A stretch of 64,000 nt of DNA, taken from positions 1,922,001 through 1,986,000 of the forward strand of contig CM035361.1 in the NCBI GenBank assembly GCA_020137815.1. The letters are read 5' to 3'. The position numbers were made by a program, and so were the translations under genes. Each line of letters starts with the position of its first letter. The stretch's first letter is position 1. The stretch is from Hormiphora californensis (taxonomy: Eukaryota > Animalia > Ctenophora). Below are positions 52,901-63,551 of this stretch, piece by piece. The notes beneath the pieces are model-generated. The model did no database searches. It was not told the origin of the DNA and was given only the letters and a program-made list of their open reading frames with translations.

Positions 52901-54051
52901 AATATCATACATACTAGTATAGGGGAACAGGGGAACTAGGGGAACAGGAACTAGTTAAACCATGAAATAGCTCTGAAATTCAGAGCTATTTCATGGTTTA
53001 ACTAGTATAGTTCCTGTCTGTGTCGATTGGAGGTTGATATTTATCTAGACTTGAATATCTTCCCCTAGTATGTATGAACAGGGGAACTAGGGGAACTGGA
53101 ACTAGTTAAACCATGAAATAGCTCTGAAATTCAGAGCTATTTCATGGTTTAACTAGTATAGTTCCTGTCTATGTCGGTTGGAGGTTGATATTTATCTAGA
53201 CTTGAATATCTTCCCCTGGCCTAAAGTCGAATTTTTTAATCAAGGGACAGGGGGCCGCGCGTTCAGAGGGGTCGCGCGGCTTTGTATTTGCGCGTGATAA
53301 TCGAGATCAAGTTCCTGGCAATCTTAAGACTTGAACCCGGAAGCGTTGGAAAGATAATTTTAAGACCTTTTCAACGCAACCAAGATCGAGTCTTTATCTT
53401 ATCAGGAACAGAAGATATGAGCAAATACGTTTAGCACGCGCAAAAAGACTTTTATAAATGCGCGGCCCCTGTCCCTTGATTAAAAAATTCGACTATAGTA
53501 TGATATTTCAACTTTAAATGTCGTACGAGATACAGATATTTAAGGTATCCTCATAGTGTATTAGTGTATGGTTGTGCAATTGACACCGATTAGCTGAACT
53601 TAATCAACTCCAACTGATCTCTACCCGCAGGACTTTTTGAGGTTGTTGATACAAGACTGTACTCCCGAATCCAATGATACTCGAACAATACACTTCGAAA
53701 AGGTTGGTAACTGCTAGGTTGACAGTATTGAGCCTAGAATATATACGTCATGTTTAGTCTGTATTTCACAATCATGGCAGACCATATTGAGCTTGCAAAC
53801 TCCAAAATGACCAAAAATCATGAAACCCATATACTTCTCGATACTCAACAACTCGATACGGTAGCTAATTCCGGTCTCTCATCTTGAATCTATTCATTTC
53901 GCAGGTGAGAGCATTTCGTTTGGAGCCTGAGATAGCAGAGGAGGGTGCTTATGTGACGATAGACGGTGAACTGGTGCCCTATGAAGCACTCCACGCGTGT
54001 ATCTACAAGGGCCTTGCTCGTGTCATGTGCCTGTCAACCTCCGCTAGATAA
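35961..54051 (+). CDS. SPHK: Sphingosine kinase (SPHK1/2 family), multi-exon
   Basis: Exons 35961/36085-36115, 36883-36955, 37559-37684, 37923-38026 (FVNPKGG), 38191-38319, 38937-39035 (GDGIVFEVFNGLMKRDDWETAIKVPLSIIPGGS), 46512-46630 (GNGL), [47468-47547 or 48028-48107], 49151-49305 (RWMGEARFT), 49991-50102, 50296-50359, 50483-50548, 50743-50871, [51590-51721 or 51763-51900], 53631-53702, 53905-54051 (AFRLEP...IDGE). Start uncertain. Confidence 0.92.
39556..41543. mobile_element. Composite TIR element (~260-bp inverted arms, internal inverted repeat ~39963-40172)
   Basis: atagtcaggaagcaagttagggcgcgg... / ...ccgcgccctaacttgcttcctgactat. Confidence 0.75.
43424..45379 (+). CDS. Single-exon rhodopsin-class (class A) GPCR with very long third intracellular loop, nested in an SPHK intron
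   Basis: Seven hydrophobic segments; TM1 ..ILN, TM2 LAVWD, TM3 LSVVRSVNISKPF, TM7 SSLVNP; ATG 9 nt after a ccacag acceptor. Confidence 0.88.
   Translation: MRGPIGPFKNGIHPKPMRCPKDVLQSSCCPPFATIPSSTFYITLTAVNLALAPIILILNRWVILYHTSRKGNRSLASKLYIHLAVWDCVTAVTALLHGGYMIFWLLGNQDSIVNSVAVATVYVATTVSVRGSVFANVVLSVVRSVNISKPFYMIRKTLLTVAMVAVPMTLIPIAGVDLCYFFSFEYDTTPLSGWEYRHYHRQLFLGPGLGVGLFGFIMKTKHHHFSMSAVMHHFSSVFFHLATSVCLVCLVFQTRAILKYRKRLQKNREESGGGGVSGRIKYSVQSGSVQPPDVAVRAIQWGIDLVPPSGIERNSRTRVATRRRDQRSSVTLGDLAIPSVTGSGPARKQGSFERRRIEEEGSFEGRRIEEEGCFEGRRVEFERRGIELEDQGERTSDEDCFAGVELVRSTSEESEIDCSGSEVKASVIVHQSRSNVIPSLRKKDATFEVSDSFEDHGTTASPRSSSFSLFRLSLASSDFSSSSSLSVFPRSSTSTFSQRSLSLSSSDEQGSLCDDDHGIEPIPSSQFEQPATSDDTVPQVEPNTTLPHIRSNITITLLTLFFIITNSVYTVVVSSTISNEPRRKSGLNADTLAWTYIASSVCPLMSSLVNPLVTVLMGRHNELWRFIKDDVLRMFGKFLKIDPNGISSSGQ
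46631..46825. repeat. (GGTTT)n pentanucleotide microsatellite starting at a splice donor
   Basis: Direct reading. Confidence 0.95.
47468..47547 (+). CDS. SPHK alternative exon 1A
   Basis: 80 nt, phase 0->2, EGTEVWSFQSVSWGFFSLIDIESESYR; weak donor gtcata. Confidence 0.8.
48028..48107 (+). CDS. SPHK alternative exon 1B
   Basis: 80 nt, phase 0->2, ERDTVWSFLSIAWGLLSAVDIESERLR. Confidence 0.87.
50890..51013. mobile_element. pogo/Tigger-like MITE family (other copies 49329-49440, 56661-56759, 61885-62053)
   Basis: TA|cagtcggaccccgattta...taaatcggggtccgactg|TA. Confidence 0.85.
51345..51585. repeat. 33-bp tandem repeat immediately upstream of SPHK exon 2A
   Basis: cccctctctcaccaactgcacccaattaatcct x ~7. 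Confidence 0.9.
51590..51721 (+). CDS. SPHK alternative exon 2A
   Basis: 132 nt, phase 0->0, VDGNFATIMAFTLTHLSLGYQCASNFRLDAGFVYLMHSGGGSKK. Confidence 0.85.
51763..51900 (+). CDS. SPHK alternative exon 2B
   Basis: 138 nt, phase 0->0, LEGRFACVTAFFHSHLSFTYPVTPYLRLDCGYMLLMWSESNSFERT. Confidence 0.8.
52073..52197. repeat. (agataagagag)-type short tandem repeat
   Basis: Direct reading. Confidence 0.9.
52216..52550. mobile_element. Palindromic MITE with CCC termini
   Basis: cccccataaaaaagtcgcttggcaaattccc / gggaatttgccaagcgacttttttatggggg. Confidence 0.8.
52914..53498. repeat. ~170-bp direct duplication with an internal palindrome, followed by a TIR element 53221-53498
   Basis: actagttaaaccatgaaatagctctgaaattcagagctatttcatggtttaactagt occurs twice; agtcgaattttttaatcaagggacagg / cctgtcccttgattaaaaaattcgact. 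Confidence 0.7.
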
Positions 54052-54565
54052 TAATGAGACTATCAAAACACGTGGTACTATCACGTGATATATAGTGACT
54101 CTCGTGTGAAGGATGTTATCATATGTTTAGGTCAAAGCTGGACAGTTATTGACAGCTTGTTGACTCGGTAAACCAGAATTGTATGTGAATATGTTGTGAG
54201 ATAATATTATTAATAAGGAGAGATTGGAAAGAAGCAAATTTATTGTTAATTGTGTTGTGATTTGTGAATGTGAATATTATTGACACTGACAGTCACCCCT
54301 CACTCACAGCTAGTGCTATAACAGTCTGATGTGCTTGTACAGATGAATGCAAGTACATATAATGTATTGATATTAAACACTGATAATGTATTAACACTGA
54401 AATTTTGTACTGTAAAATGTGAATCGATTCTTTTAGTGAACTGCACGGCAACTTTTCACTGAAAAGTTGCCGTGCTATGCAGAGCTGAGCCAGAACGCGA
54501 CGGCGTACTTGGTTACGAAGTCACCCCTATTATTGCATATAGCTAGCGCAGGGGGAATTCCATTA

Positions 54566-55332
54566 GGGCGCGCACAGACTGTTCATGCGTGATCATGTCC
54601 ATGCGTGGACAAGATTTTGATCAAGTCACGCAGACTGTTCAAGCTTGATCATCTGATCAAGCTTGGACAGTAAAAACTGAAACTTATTCATATCAAAGCA
54701 AAAACCACTGTACCCGACTAATTTTGATACTCTGAATCACGTAAATTAGTTTTCAAATCCTTCGGAGGTCGGGAAAGTGCCCTAATTGGGCATAATTGGG
54801 TCTAATTGACCCTACTTACAACTTGTCACCTGGAAATGACGTGAGGGCACTTTTCCGACTAATTTTGATACGCTGAATCACATAAGCATTTTTTCCAAGC
54901 CCCCAGAGGTCGGGAAATGCCCTAATTGAGCAATTAAGGTCAATTAGATCCAATTATACTCAATTAGGACACTTTCCCGACCTCTGGGGGCGTGGAAAAG
55001 TTGTTTATGTGATTCAGCGTATCAAAATTAGTCGTAAAAGTGCCCTCACATAAGCGTCTATTATTTCCAGGTGACAAGTTTTAAGTGGGGTCAATTAGAC
55101 CCAATTATGCCCAATTAGAACACTTTCCTGACCTCTGACGGATTTGAAAACTAGCTTACGTGATTCAGAGTATCAAAATTAGTCGGGTACAGTGGTTTTT
55201 GCTGATATGAATAAGTTTCAGTTTTTACTGTCCAAGCTTGATCAGATGATCAAGCTTGAACAGTCTGCGTGACTTGATCAAAATCTTGTCCACGCATGGA
55301 CATGATCACGCATGAACAGTCTGTGCGCGCCC
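54566..55332. mobile_element. Large palindromic (foldback) MITE, possibly PIF/Harbinger-like
   Basis: gggcgcgcacagactgttcatgcg... / ...cgcatgaacagtctgtgcgcgccc; near-complete self-complementarity. Confidence 0.8.
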
Positions 55333-55350
55333 AAACGGCGTACGCACTAC

Positions 55351-55425
55351 CTGTCTGGCGCCGCGACCCATCTGAGCGCACTGTCAGATTTGAGAATCAA
55401 ATTGGGGTCTGGCGCCGCCAGACAG
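55351..55425. mobile_element. Tiny MITE with 8-bp TSD (relatives at 22640-22700 and 42294-42372)
   Basis: ctgtctggcg...cgccagacag flanked by cgcactac on both sides; shared core ctgagcgcactgtc. Confidence 0.7.
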
Positions 55426-56212
55426 CGCACTACGCAGTCTGTCGTTCGTGCGATGAATCGCCCCGTGCTCGCATACGCTAATACCAGGCCTTGCACAGCA
55501 GGAGAGCAGACAGACTGGGATGTCAAGTGAAAGAGGGCTGGAAAATGTATTGTTCAAAGAACCCCAAAATATTCGTCAAATTGTACGCGCAAATGTAACG
55601 CCGCGCCGTAAAATCATCATGAAAACGCGCCGCGCGATCTTGAATATCAAGCTTCAAATTTTCCGATTTAACTTTTTCTTTTCGTTTTTGAAACTTTAGT
55701 TTTTGTCGATAAAAGTGTCCTTCAAAGCGGTTAAACTTGACATTACGGTCATAAAATCATGTACGGGTTTATTGTTTTAACTTTTATATGACTCAGTTTG
55801 AGCGACGCGACAAGCAATTAGCATGTGCGATTATGAGCCGTCACCAGTCCGCCCCATCCGAAAAAAGTTGTTGTACTCGTCTCGACTCGAGTACATTAGG
55901 CACCAGTTAGAGATTCCCAGGCATCAGTTCCCGAGCTCGGCAGTTCCCAAGCTCGGGAAGCAAGTGAGTGCTGACGGTGCGCGTGAGTACTACTTTCCAT
56001 TCAGTTTACGTGACGCGCAGCAATGTCACATGGTTCACACAGAACCATCTGCGTGCCCGGGCATCATGATGGCCGGGCATGCAGGAACGCGCCGTGCCCT
56101 GATGCCTGGGATCGTCCCCCGGATATCAGGGTAGCAATCTGTAACTTGTGCGAAACTCTGACCATTATGGATTCCTCCGTTGTTACAGGAAGTGTTGTAT
56201 AGTGTGCAACTC

Positions 56213-59200
56213 ATGTCCACCAACTGCCAATGTGGCTGCGACTTGTTTGAAGATTCGGGAAACTTCACATTTTGCACTCAATGCGGTACCCAGACGTCAC
56301 AGGTAGTTTTTGTCAACAATTAAATCAATAGCTCCATATTATTCATTTTCCACGAAATCACTCCCGTCTACCCCTTCTACTCGAAGCGACATTCCTCTCC
56401 AGATTGACTTGAAAAATGACGTAAATTTCTCATATTCGGGAAATCTTGTTTCCTCGACGACGAACGTAGCAGGAAAGTATCTTTCAAGTAAAATCTACTC
56501 CTCTGATGGACACACCCCTAGGTAGCTAAAATCATGATGACATCTACAAGAATACCAGCAGAGCACTCTCTGCAACGAACCCAACATGAATCTACACTGT
56601 GTGAACAGGAGAGCACTCTCTCCAGGTGTCTGTGTGTGTGTCGTGCTGAATCTTGTGTTACAGTCAGACCTCGATTTACCGGCCCATCAGATAAACCTTA
56701 CGGTAATGGGGTGGCACCCTCCCGAGACCCGAATAGTCCGTTAAACCGGGGTCCGACTGTACTTGCATTGCTTTCTTTGGAGTCTTTCTCTTACAATGTT
56801 CTGCAATCTTCTCTTAATTGAAACATTTGTGTCTTCGTATCTGATGCTAATTATGTAAAAGTATGTTTGCAAACGATATCACTAAATCGATAATTGCATG
56901 GAGAATTGCAATATCCTCCTAACTTCCCCCTTATATATGAAGGAATTGCTGAAGTGGTTGTCTAATTCTAACTTCTCCAGAGCACAGAAACTCAAACGAA
57001 TAACTAAACGAATCTACGAGATTTGTGGGAAACTCTCCCTTCCAGAGGGGAACTTGGTTGCCAAAACTGCACTCAATATTTACGAGGAGTATTTCTTTGA
57101 GGAGCGGGCTATAGCAATCAAACTCCTTCAAGTGGTTTACACGGCGTGTGTGGTAAACGATTGCCCTGTTAACCTGAAGGTAAATTTTGAAAGGGAATGA
57201 GAAGTAGGGGATGAGAGAAGTAGAGAAATGGAGGGAGAGAGAGAGGGAGATATGGAAGGGAAGGGAAGGGAAAGAGAGAGCCAGAGTTAACTAAATGCTT
57301 GATAAATTGTTTTGGAAGCCAGATGTGAGGGAGAGAGTCGAGAGAGGGAGAGAGAGAGTACCATTAGAAGTACAGAGTACACTGCAATTTGTCGTTCTGT
57401 ACACGCATGTCTGTGTAAATTAAATAACTGCCCACAAGTAGAATATAATACTTTCGAGTAGGGATCTACAGATCTGCAAATTAAGCCTCATTCGGCTGTT
57501 GCCAGTTTATTAAAGGTTAAAGTCCATATTTACTTATATTTCAGGACATCAGAAAACACCTAAGAACCGGTAGAAAGGCGAACGCTCAGGGTAGTATCCA
57601 TGCACTTTCATTCTGCCGACGATATCTCAGCAAGTGCGACCTTGAAAAGAAGCCTCAATTTGGGCGCCTGGCAGATTACATGGATTTAGAGAAATCAGGC
57701 GTGGTACCGGAGGGAAAATCTAGTGTTTTTATGAAAGAGTACGGGGAGCTCAAGGAAATCGTACAAGCATTCATACGAACAAGCTTGGTAGGTACAATTG
57801 AATAAAAACGTGTTCTTTGATATTGCAAGTTTTTGCATTTTCCCTTATTTCAGCAAACCACGACGCGGGATAAATATGTGTTTGTTATAAGCACCCTGAT
57901 AAGCTACAAACACCACACTGGTCAAGATCACACTCCACATATGGTTGATAGGTGGTTCAATAATACCGCTAAAGAAAAGTAAGAATCAATAGATATAATA
58001 TCAGTAGTTATTTTTAATTTTGGTTTCACAAACCTAATGATTCCTGGTTTTAGTTTTCTGAAGACTTACTTGGCTGTGATGAAGTCCTTGGAGGCACACG
58101 CAGCTAAACGGTTACCATGGCTACAGAGGAGCAAGGTTAGTGTTTGATTTCCGTAAAGGTTTTTAGAGATCTGATTTTGGTAATAAAAGTGTTAAATTGT
58201 AAATGGACAAGCAAGGTTATGATTTACTAGATAGGAAACGAACTGAAACACAAAAGCTTGCCCTGCTTTTATGAACAGATACGCCCATTGTTTAGCTAGC
58301 TGAACGAGGTTTTACTCTTTCCCATGAATTAACCGACCCATAAAGTTTTCCCCAATTACTCCATCCCGCAGACACAAATACATTTTACTTGTAGTTCTCC
58401 AATACCTACCGACACAGTTAGGTGTAGACCAGGTCCTGCTTTCCAAGCATTCAATGAATCCGGTACTTTCTTTGCCCGTGCTTTTCATGCAATTAACTTT
58501 CATCACTGTCCCTATCGGCTGAATCTGGGTGATTCCATACTGGGAGGATTCAGGGCACGCAACAACTAGAAAATAAAAGGGATTTAGAATGTGGAGTGGT
58601 AGATATTTGGAGGGTAGGAAGGGTAGTCATTTGTAAACATTAAACATATCTAAAGAATTTACCTCGCATCTTCTTTGTGCCCTTATCAATACCAGTAAGC
58701 TTCAGTTTTCCTTTTGATTCTCCTGACCAAAGGTCCACACAGCTTTGTCTAAAATCTTCATTATTAGGATGGCTATTTTCGAAGATGTACTCCAGTACTT
58801 TCAGCCCATTACAATGGATCTGCAGCCCATCTGGACTTTTAGTAATCCTCCAAGTTTTAATCGTGTCTGGGATGGTTGCTGGAAAGGGTTCAAAGCCCCA
58901 TGTTACTCCAGTACACTGCCCGATAGAGTACTTGAACCCACCGCTTCCCTTTACAATGGCAACCTCACGTCTGTAGAACTTGATGGAAATCTTTCCATCA
59001 TTGTCTGCTAGGAGCTCAACAGGAAAAGAGTCGCTAATCGTTTCTTCAATTTCTCTGGTGTCACTCCACTCTGAAACATAGAACAATAATTTAAATGGGG
59101 GAAGCTTCAAACAACCTATTATACATACCCGGGTACTTGTGCTAATGGCACAACGTCATATTCTTCTGCACCTAGTTAACGAAATTTCCCTCCCCAATGA

Positions 59201-62200
59201 TCTACCCAACCCATGACGTTTCTCCAAATTATACCACCAACCTGACACAAATTGTGTGTATACAATACCTGTAGGTAGGTGTTGGTCAACGCATTTAGGT
59301 TTAGACCAAGTCCTGTTTTCTAAACATTCGATGGTTCCGGTACTTTCTTTGCCCGTGCTTTTTCCGCAATTAACTTTCATCACTGTCCCTATCGGCTGGA
59401 TCTGGGTGATTCCATACTGGGATGATTCAGGGCACGCAACAACTAGAAAAGGGAAATAAAGAGGGGGGGTGGTTAAAATATGGACAAGTAGATATGTACA
59501 GTGTACACTACCCACTCGTCAGGGAAAGTAAATCGGAGTCCAGTAAATCAAGGTTTAAAAATGTTAAAAATAAAAAGTATTTTACCTCGTATCTTCTTTG
59601 TACCCAGGTCAATTTTCCTAATCATCAGTTGTCCTTCAGACTCTCCTGACCAAAGGGTCAGGCAGCGTGTGCTATATAATTGGCCATTTTCAAAGATGTA
59701 GTCTAGTACTTTCAGTCCATTACAATGGATCTGAAGTCCATCTCGACTCTTAGTGATCCTCCAAAGTCTCTCCGTGTCTGGGATTGCTTCTTGGAAGGGT
59801 TCCCACCCAGATTGCCACACTTTCCAAGTACAAAACCTTATCGAGTACTTGACCGCACCGTTAACAAAATTAATTCCAACCGAACGTAATTCAGTGCCCT
59901 TCCCGTACATACTGATTGAAACCTTTTTTTCATTAGCTAGAACCTCCACAGGAAAGGTATCACTAAGAATTCCTCCGATTTTCTCATCTTCGTTTGGCTT
60001 TTGACGTTCCCTCCACTCTAAAATTGAAATTAAACATTTGTATTAGGAATGGTTAATCGGGGTCCGGTAAATCGGGGTCCAACTGTAATTAGATATTTAC
60101 CTGCATAACTAAATAATTGTTTTAAAATTTACCTGTTGGTATGTCTGCAGACACCGTCAAAATAATTAGTGCAATACCAATTAGCATCCAATGCTTTGCC
60201 ATGTCTCTGTGTTTAGTAGAATTTTGTTTAGTTCATGCAATGAGCATTTATTCTCCCCTTTATCTCGCAAAAAACTTCAAACTAGAAGATAATTATTTTA
60301 TCGAGCATGCCGCATGGAATTCGAACGTTGACGCCTAGTATTACGTACGTGAGGTCAAAGTATTAAGGTGATCATACTATGAGCTACAACAAACATAAGG
60401 GATGTGGACAAAATAATAAAGGACCAGGGATCTCAAGCGATTTTAAAGTAACAAAGACAACGAACTGAAAACTCTGTGTGTGGTGGACGATTATAGAATG
60501 GTGAGGGAGAGCGAGAGAGCGAGAGAGAGACATGATTTAGGAAAAGGGGAGGACAGGAGGAGGACCTTGTGGAGCAGGCAATAAATGAGCTCTCCCTCCC
60601 TCCCTGTAGGGAAGGGGAGGAGGCGTAATGGCTCCCATTTCTCAAACCAAGCACAGCATCTTTGGGCAGTTTAAAATAGAATGTCTCTCTCTCTCTAGTA
60701 CAGTCTAACAAGATTTTTCTCTCCAATATATTTGGTATTTATCTCTCCTCTCTATTCAGCTTATATCAGAGAACGCTTTGAATTCTTTTTCCCTTTCCCC
60801 ATGCCTAGGCAGGCAGAGCGGAGGCAGAGCGTTATTGAGGGAGAGCCACCAGTATGGATTATCATGCGCTCCCTAGTCTTACCCCAATTATAATAGCTAT
60901 TTAATTATAGCTAGGGATAAAAGGGATCTACATTCTTCGCAGCGTTCTGATATACTATCAGAAGTGGTTGATATCAAAAAACAAGCATACCCCTTTTCAA
61001 AGGATTAGTGGGGCTTCCTTTGCGCTTGCCTGCGCTGTCATAAAATTTATATGATCTCGGATGATCTCTAAAAGTTAAAAGATCTATCTCTTTCAGCAAA
61101 CATCATTCTTTGCTCGGAAGTTGGACATCATTCTACAACACAAGCATCTCCTTGGGTGCTCCTCCGGGTCTTCTAACCAGAACTCCTCATCACAACTCAA
61201 GATTGTTCCAACTCCTCCACCAGCAGCCCTTGATACGTCTTTAGAATCATCACCTGTGAAGAGGGAAGGGGGTATGGAGGTGGAGAGGGATGAAAAGGGA
61301 GAACAAGGTAAGGAATAATTTCATTTTTGTTTCTTTAATTCTACTACAACTTAGTATCAAATTTGTCCCTCTCTCAGCTCCCTCCCTCACATTGTTTAAC
61401 CCCCTATATTTCTTCCCCTGTATTTCTATTTCTGTCCAGGTGTACCAAGTGCAATTATTAAAGATGAGATCTGGACTCTGCTCCTTCGGAATGGTGTCAG
61501 TTTTACCAGCGTGAAATCTGCAGAGAAAACAGTAAACAAGTATGAACAATACAATAAACAGCGGCCAGAATCAAGATTAAAATCAATTCGTTCACAATCA
61601 TGTGTTACTTCAAGACCATCTCAACAGTGTAATCACAGCGTCACTACACAAAGTTTAATACTATCACCAGATGAAACACTGAGCCAGTGCAATCATAAAT
61701 CTGCGAAATGTGTGCTTGTTTTAGGCCAAATTAATGATGCAATGGTTCCATGTTCAAATTCATCCATTTAGTATTTCAGTTTTTAACCAACTCCCACTGC
61801 ACAGTTTATGTAGTTCTTTAACGTAACGCCACATTACAACTATCATACCATTCTCTCGCCCCACACGTATTTAGAATACATGTACAGTCGGACCCCGATT
61901 TAGTGGCCCCCGATTTATTGGCACCCCGATTTAGTGGCAGGATTTTTTTCCCCGATATAGGAAGTTAACATTATTTGACCCCGATTTAGTGGCACCCCGA
62001 TTTAGTGGCAGGATTTTTTCCCCCGAGGATGCCACTAAATCGGGGTCCGACTGTACAAACAAGTCATAATCCCTCTTTTCTTCCACTCTCAGGATGTAGA
62101 ATCTCCTAAATCCTAATTAGACTCCTAAATCCTAACTAATCCCACTCTCAGAATGTACCAGTTGTTGTATCACTACCAGTTACATCTCCTAAATCCTAAT

Positions 62201-62979
62201 TAATCCCTCTCTCAACTCTCAGAATGTACCAGTTGTTGTACCACTACCAGTTACATCACCATTGTGAGGCCTTCCCTGGATCCGTAGTGGCTGCTCTGGC
62301 CCACCAATGTGCCAGTATTTACGAATCTAAGGTATGAGAATACAGATGTAGACTTTTCTGTTACAGTTTTTAAACTTTTGAATAATCTAATGTGTGTAGC
62401 TCTGCAATCAAAAACCCTATTATAATTCCCGTCCCTCGCAGATTCAATCTAATAATCATTTCTCTTTTTAGATTCCATCCCTGACCGTGGTGTTCCCATC
62501 ATATTCCTATATCATCGAGATGGACCACCTGATCAGACTAACAGTTATCAAGATGGTCCTGGTGTTCTGTCCTGATGAGCTGCCCTGGGAGATGAAGAGC
62601 AGTGAAGTGTGCTCCAGGTATTACCATATTTAGACATAACACCATATATGGGCATAACACCATATATGGGCATAATACCATATATATGCGGGTACATAAA
62701 ACCAAAGAAAATTGTATACCTTGTTTAGGCATCATACCATCTCAACCCCATCTCAACAATTACAATTTAACCTTCATTTTCCATTTCAGAGTTCTCCAAG
62801 AGATTCCCACATACTACGCCAGATTGGTGAAGTCACGTGCCCTTCGTGACATTATCCCTGCGGAGAGATCTACCACTCCAAATAACCGGTCCCTGCTTAT
62901 GGAACAATCCCTCTTTTTCAACAACAACAACAACATCAGATGCCCTTCCCAACTAACGAACTTTCAACTGATGAAATAG
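56213..62979 (+). CDS. BRF2: TFIIB-family factor, BRF2-like (Pol III initiation factor)
   Basis: Exons 56213-56302 (Zn ribbon CQCG...CTQCG), 56403-56521, 56981-57179 (cyclin fold IYEICGKLSLP..ALNIY..VYTACVVNDCPV), 57545-57787, 57854-57978, 58054-58135 (LPWL), 61097-61307 (LDIILQHK), 61440-61539, 62223-62331, 62472-62617, 62790-62979. Distal exons less certain. Confidence 0.68.
58312..60202 (-). CDS. Secreted protein: signal peptide + two tandem [uncharacterised ~140-aa domain + Sushi/CCP-like domain]
   Basis: Exons 60202-60133 (MAKHWMLIGIALIILTVSA), 60017-59586, 59442-59269, 59070-58663, 58565-58410 or read-through to 58312; all introns phase 1. Confidence 0.8.
61885..62053. mobile_element. 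pogo/Tigger-like MITE copy
   Basis: Same termini and TA flanks; internal gaccccgatttagtggc repeats. Confidence 0.85.
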
Positions 62980-63551
62980 ACAGTAAAGTTGGCCTTGTTG
63001 CCTCGACATCATCATCATCATCATCTTCATCATCATCATCATCATTATCTTCTTCGTTACCACATTCTTCAGAGGTATTCACGGAACACTGTGGCAGTCT
63101 GGTTCAGGAGATTGTGCAGATACTAAACACTCTCTCCGGGGTGAGGGGTAGAGTGAGTAAGAGCGAGGGTTATAGTATGGTATAGTGTGTACTACTTGTG
63201 TGGTGTTTTGATAAGGATGCATAATGTGTTGATAGCCATAATTTGAGGGTAAAAAGGGGAGTGGGTTTCACAGGGTGATATAACGATGTCGTATTATTGG
63301 TGATTTTTTCATAATACATAAAGTAAAACCGGGGTCGATTTGTTGTTTCACGAAACTAATTTTTTAACGTTTTTAACCATTGTAAACTCTTGAAAACAAC
63401 TTTATTTATTTTAAACTTGTTGTTTTTTTGTTTCCCAGAACACTTCCGATCCCCCAAACTTACCGGATTATCTAATCACCAATTATTAACCTCACTGTTC
63501 TAGTTAGTGTTACTAATCACACTGTTAATTATAGTTAGTGTTTGTTAAGTT

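Noticed and set aside
60760-60851. Possible extra BRF2 exon
   Set aside because: Would end in phase 2, incompatible with the phase-0 acceptor at 61097, and interrupts the homologous motif
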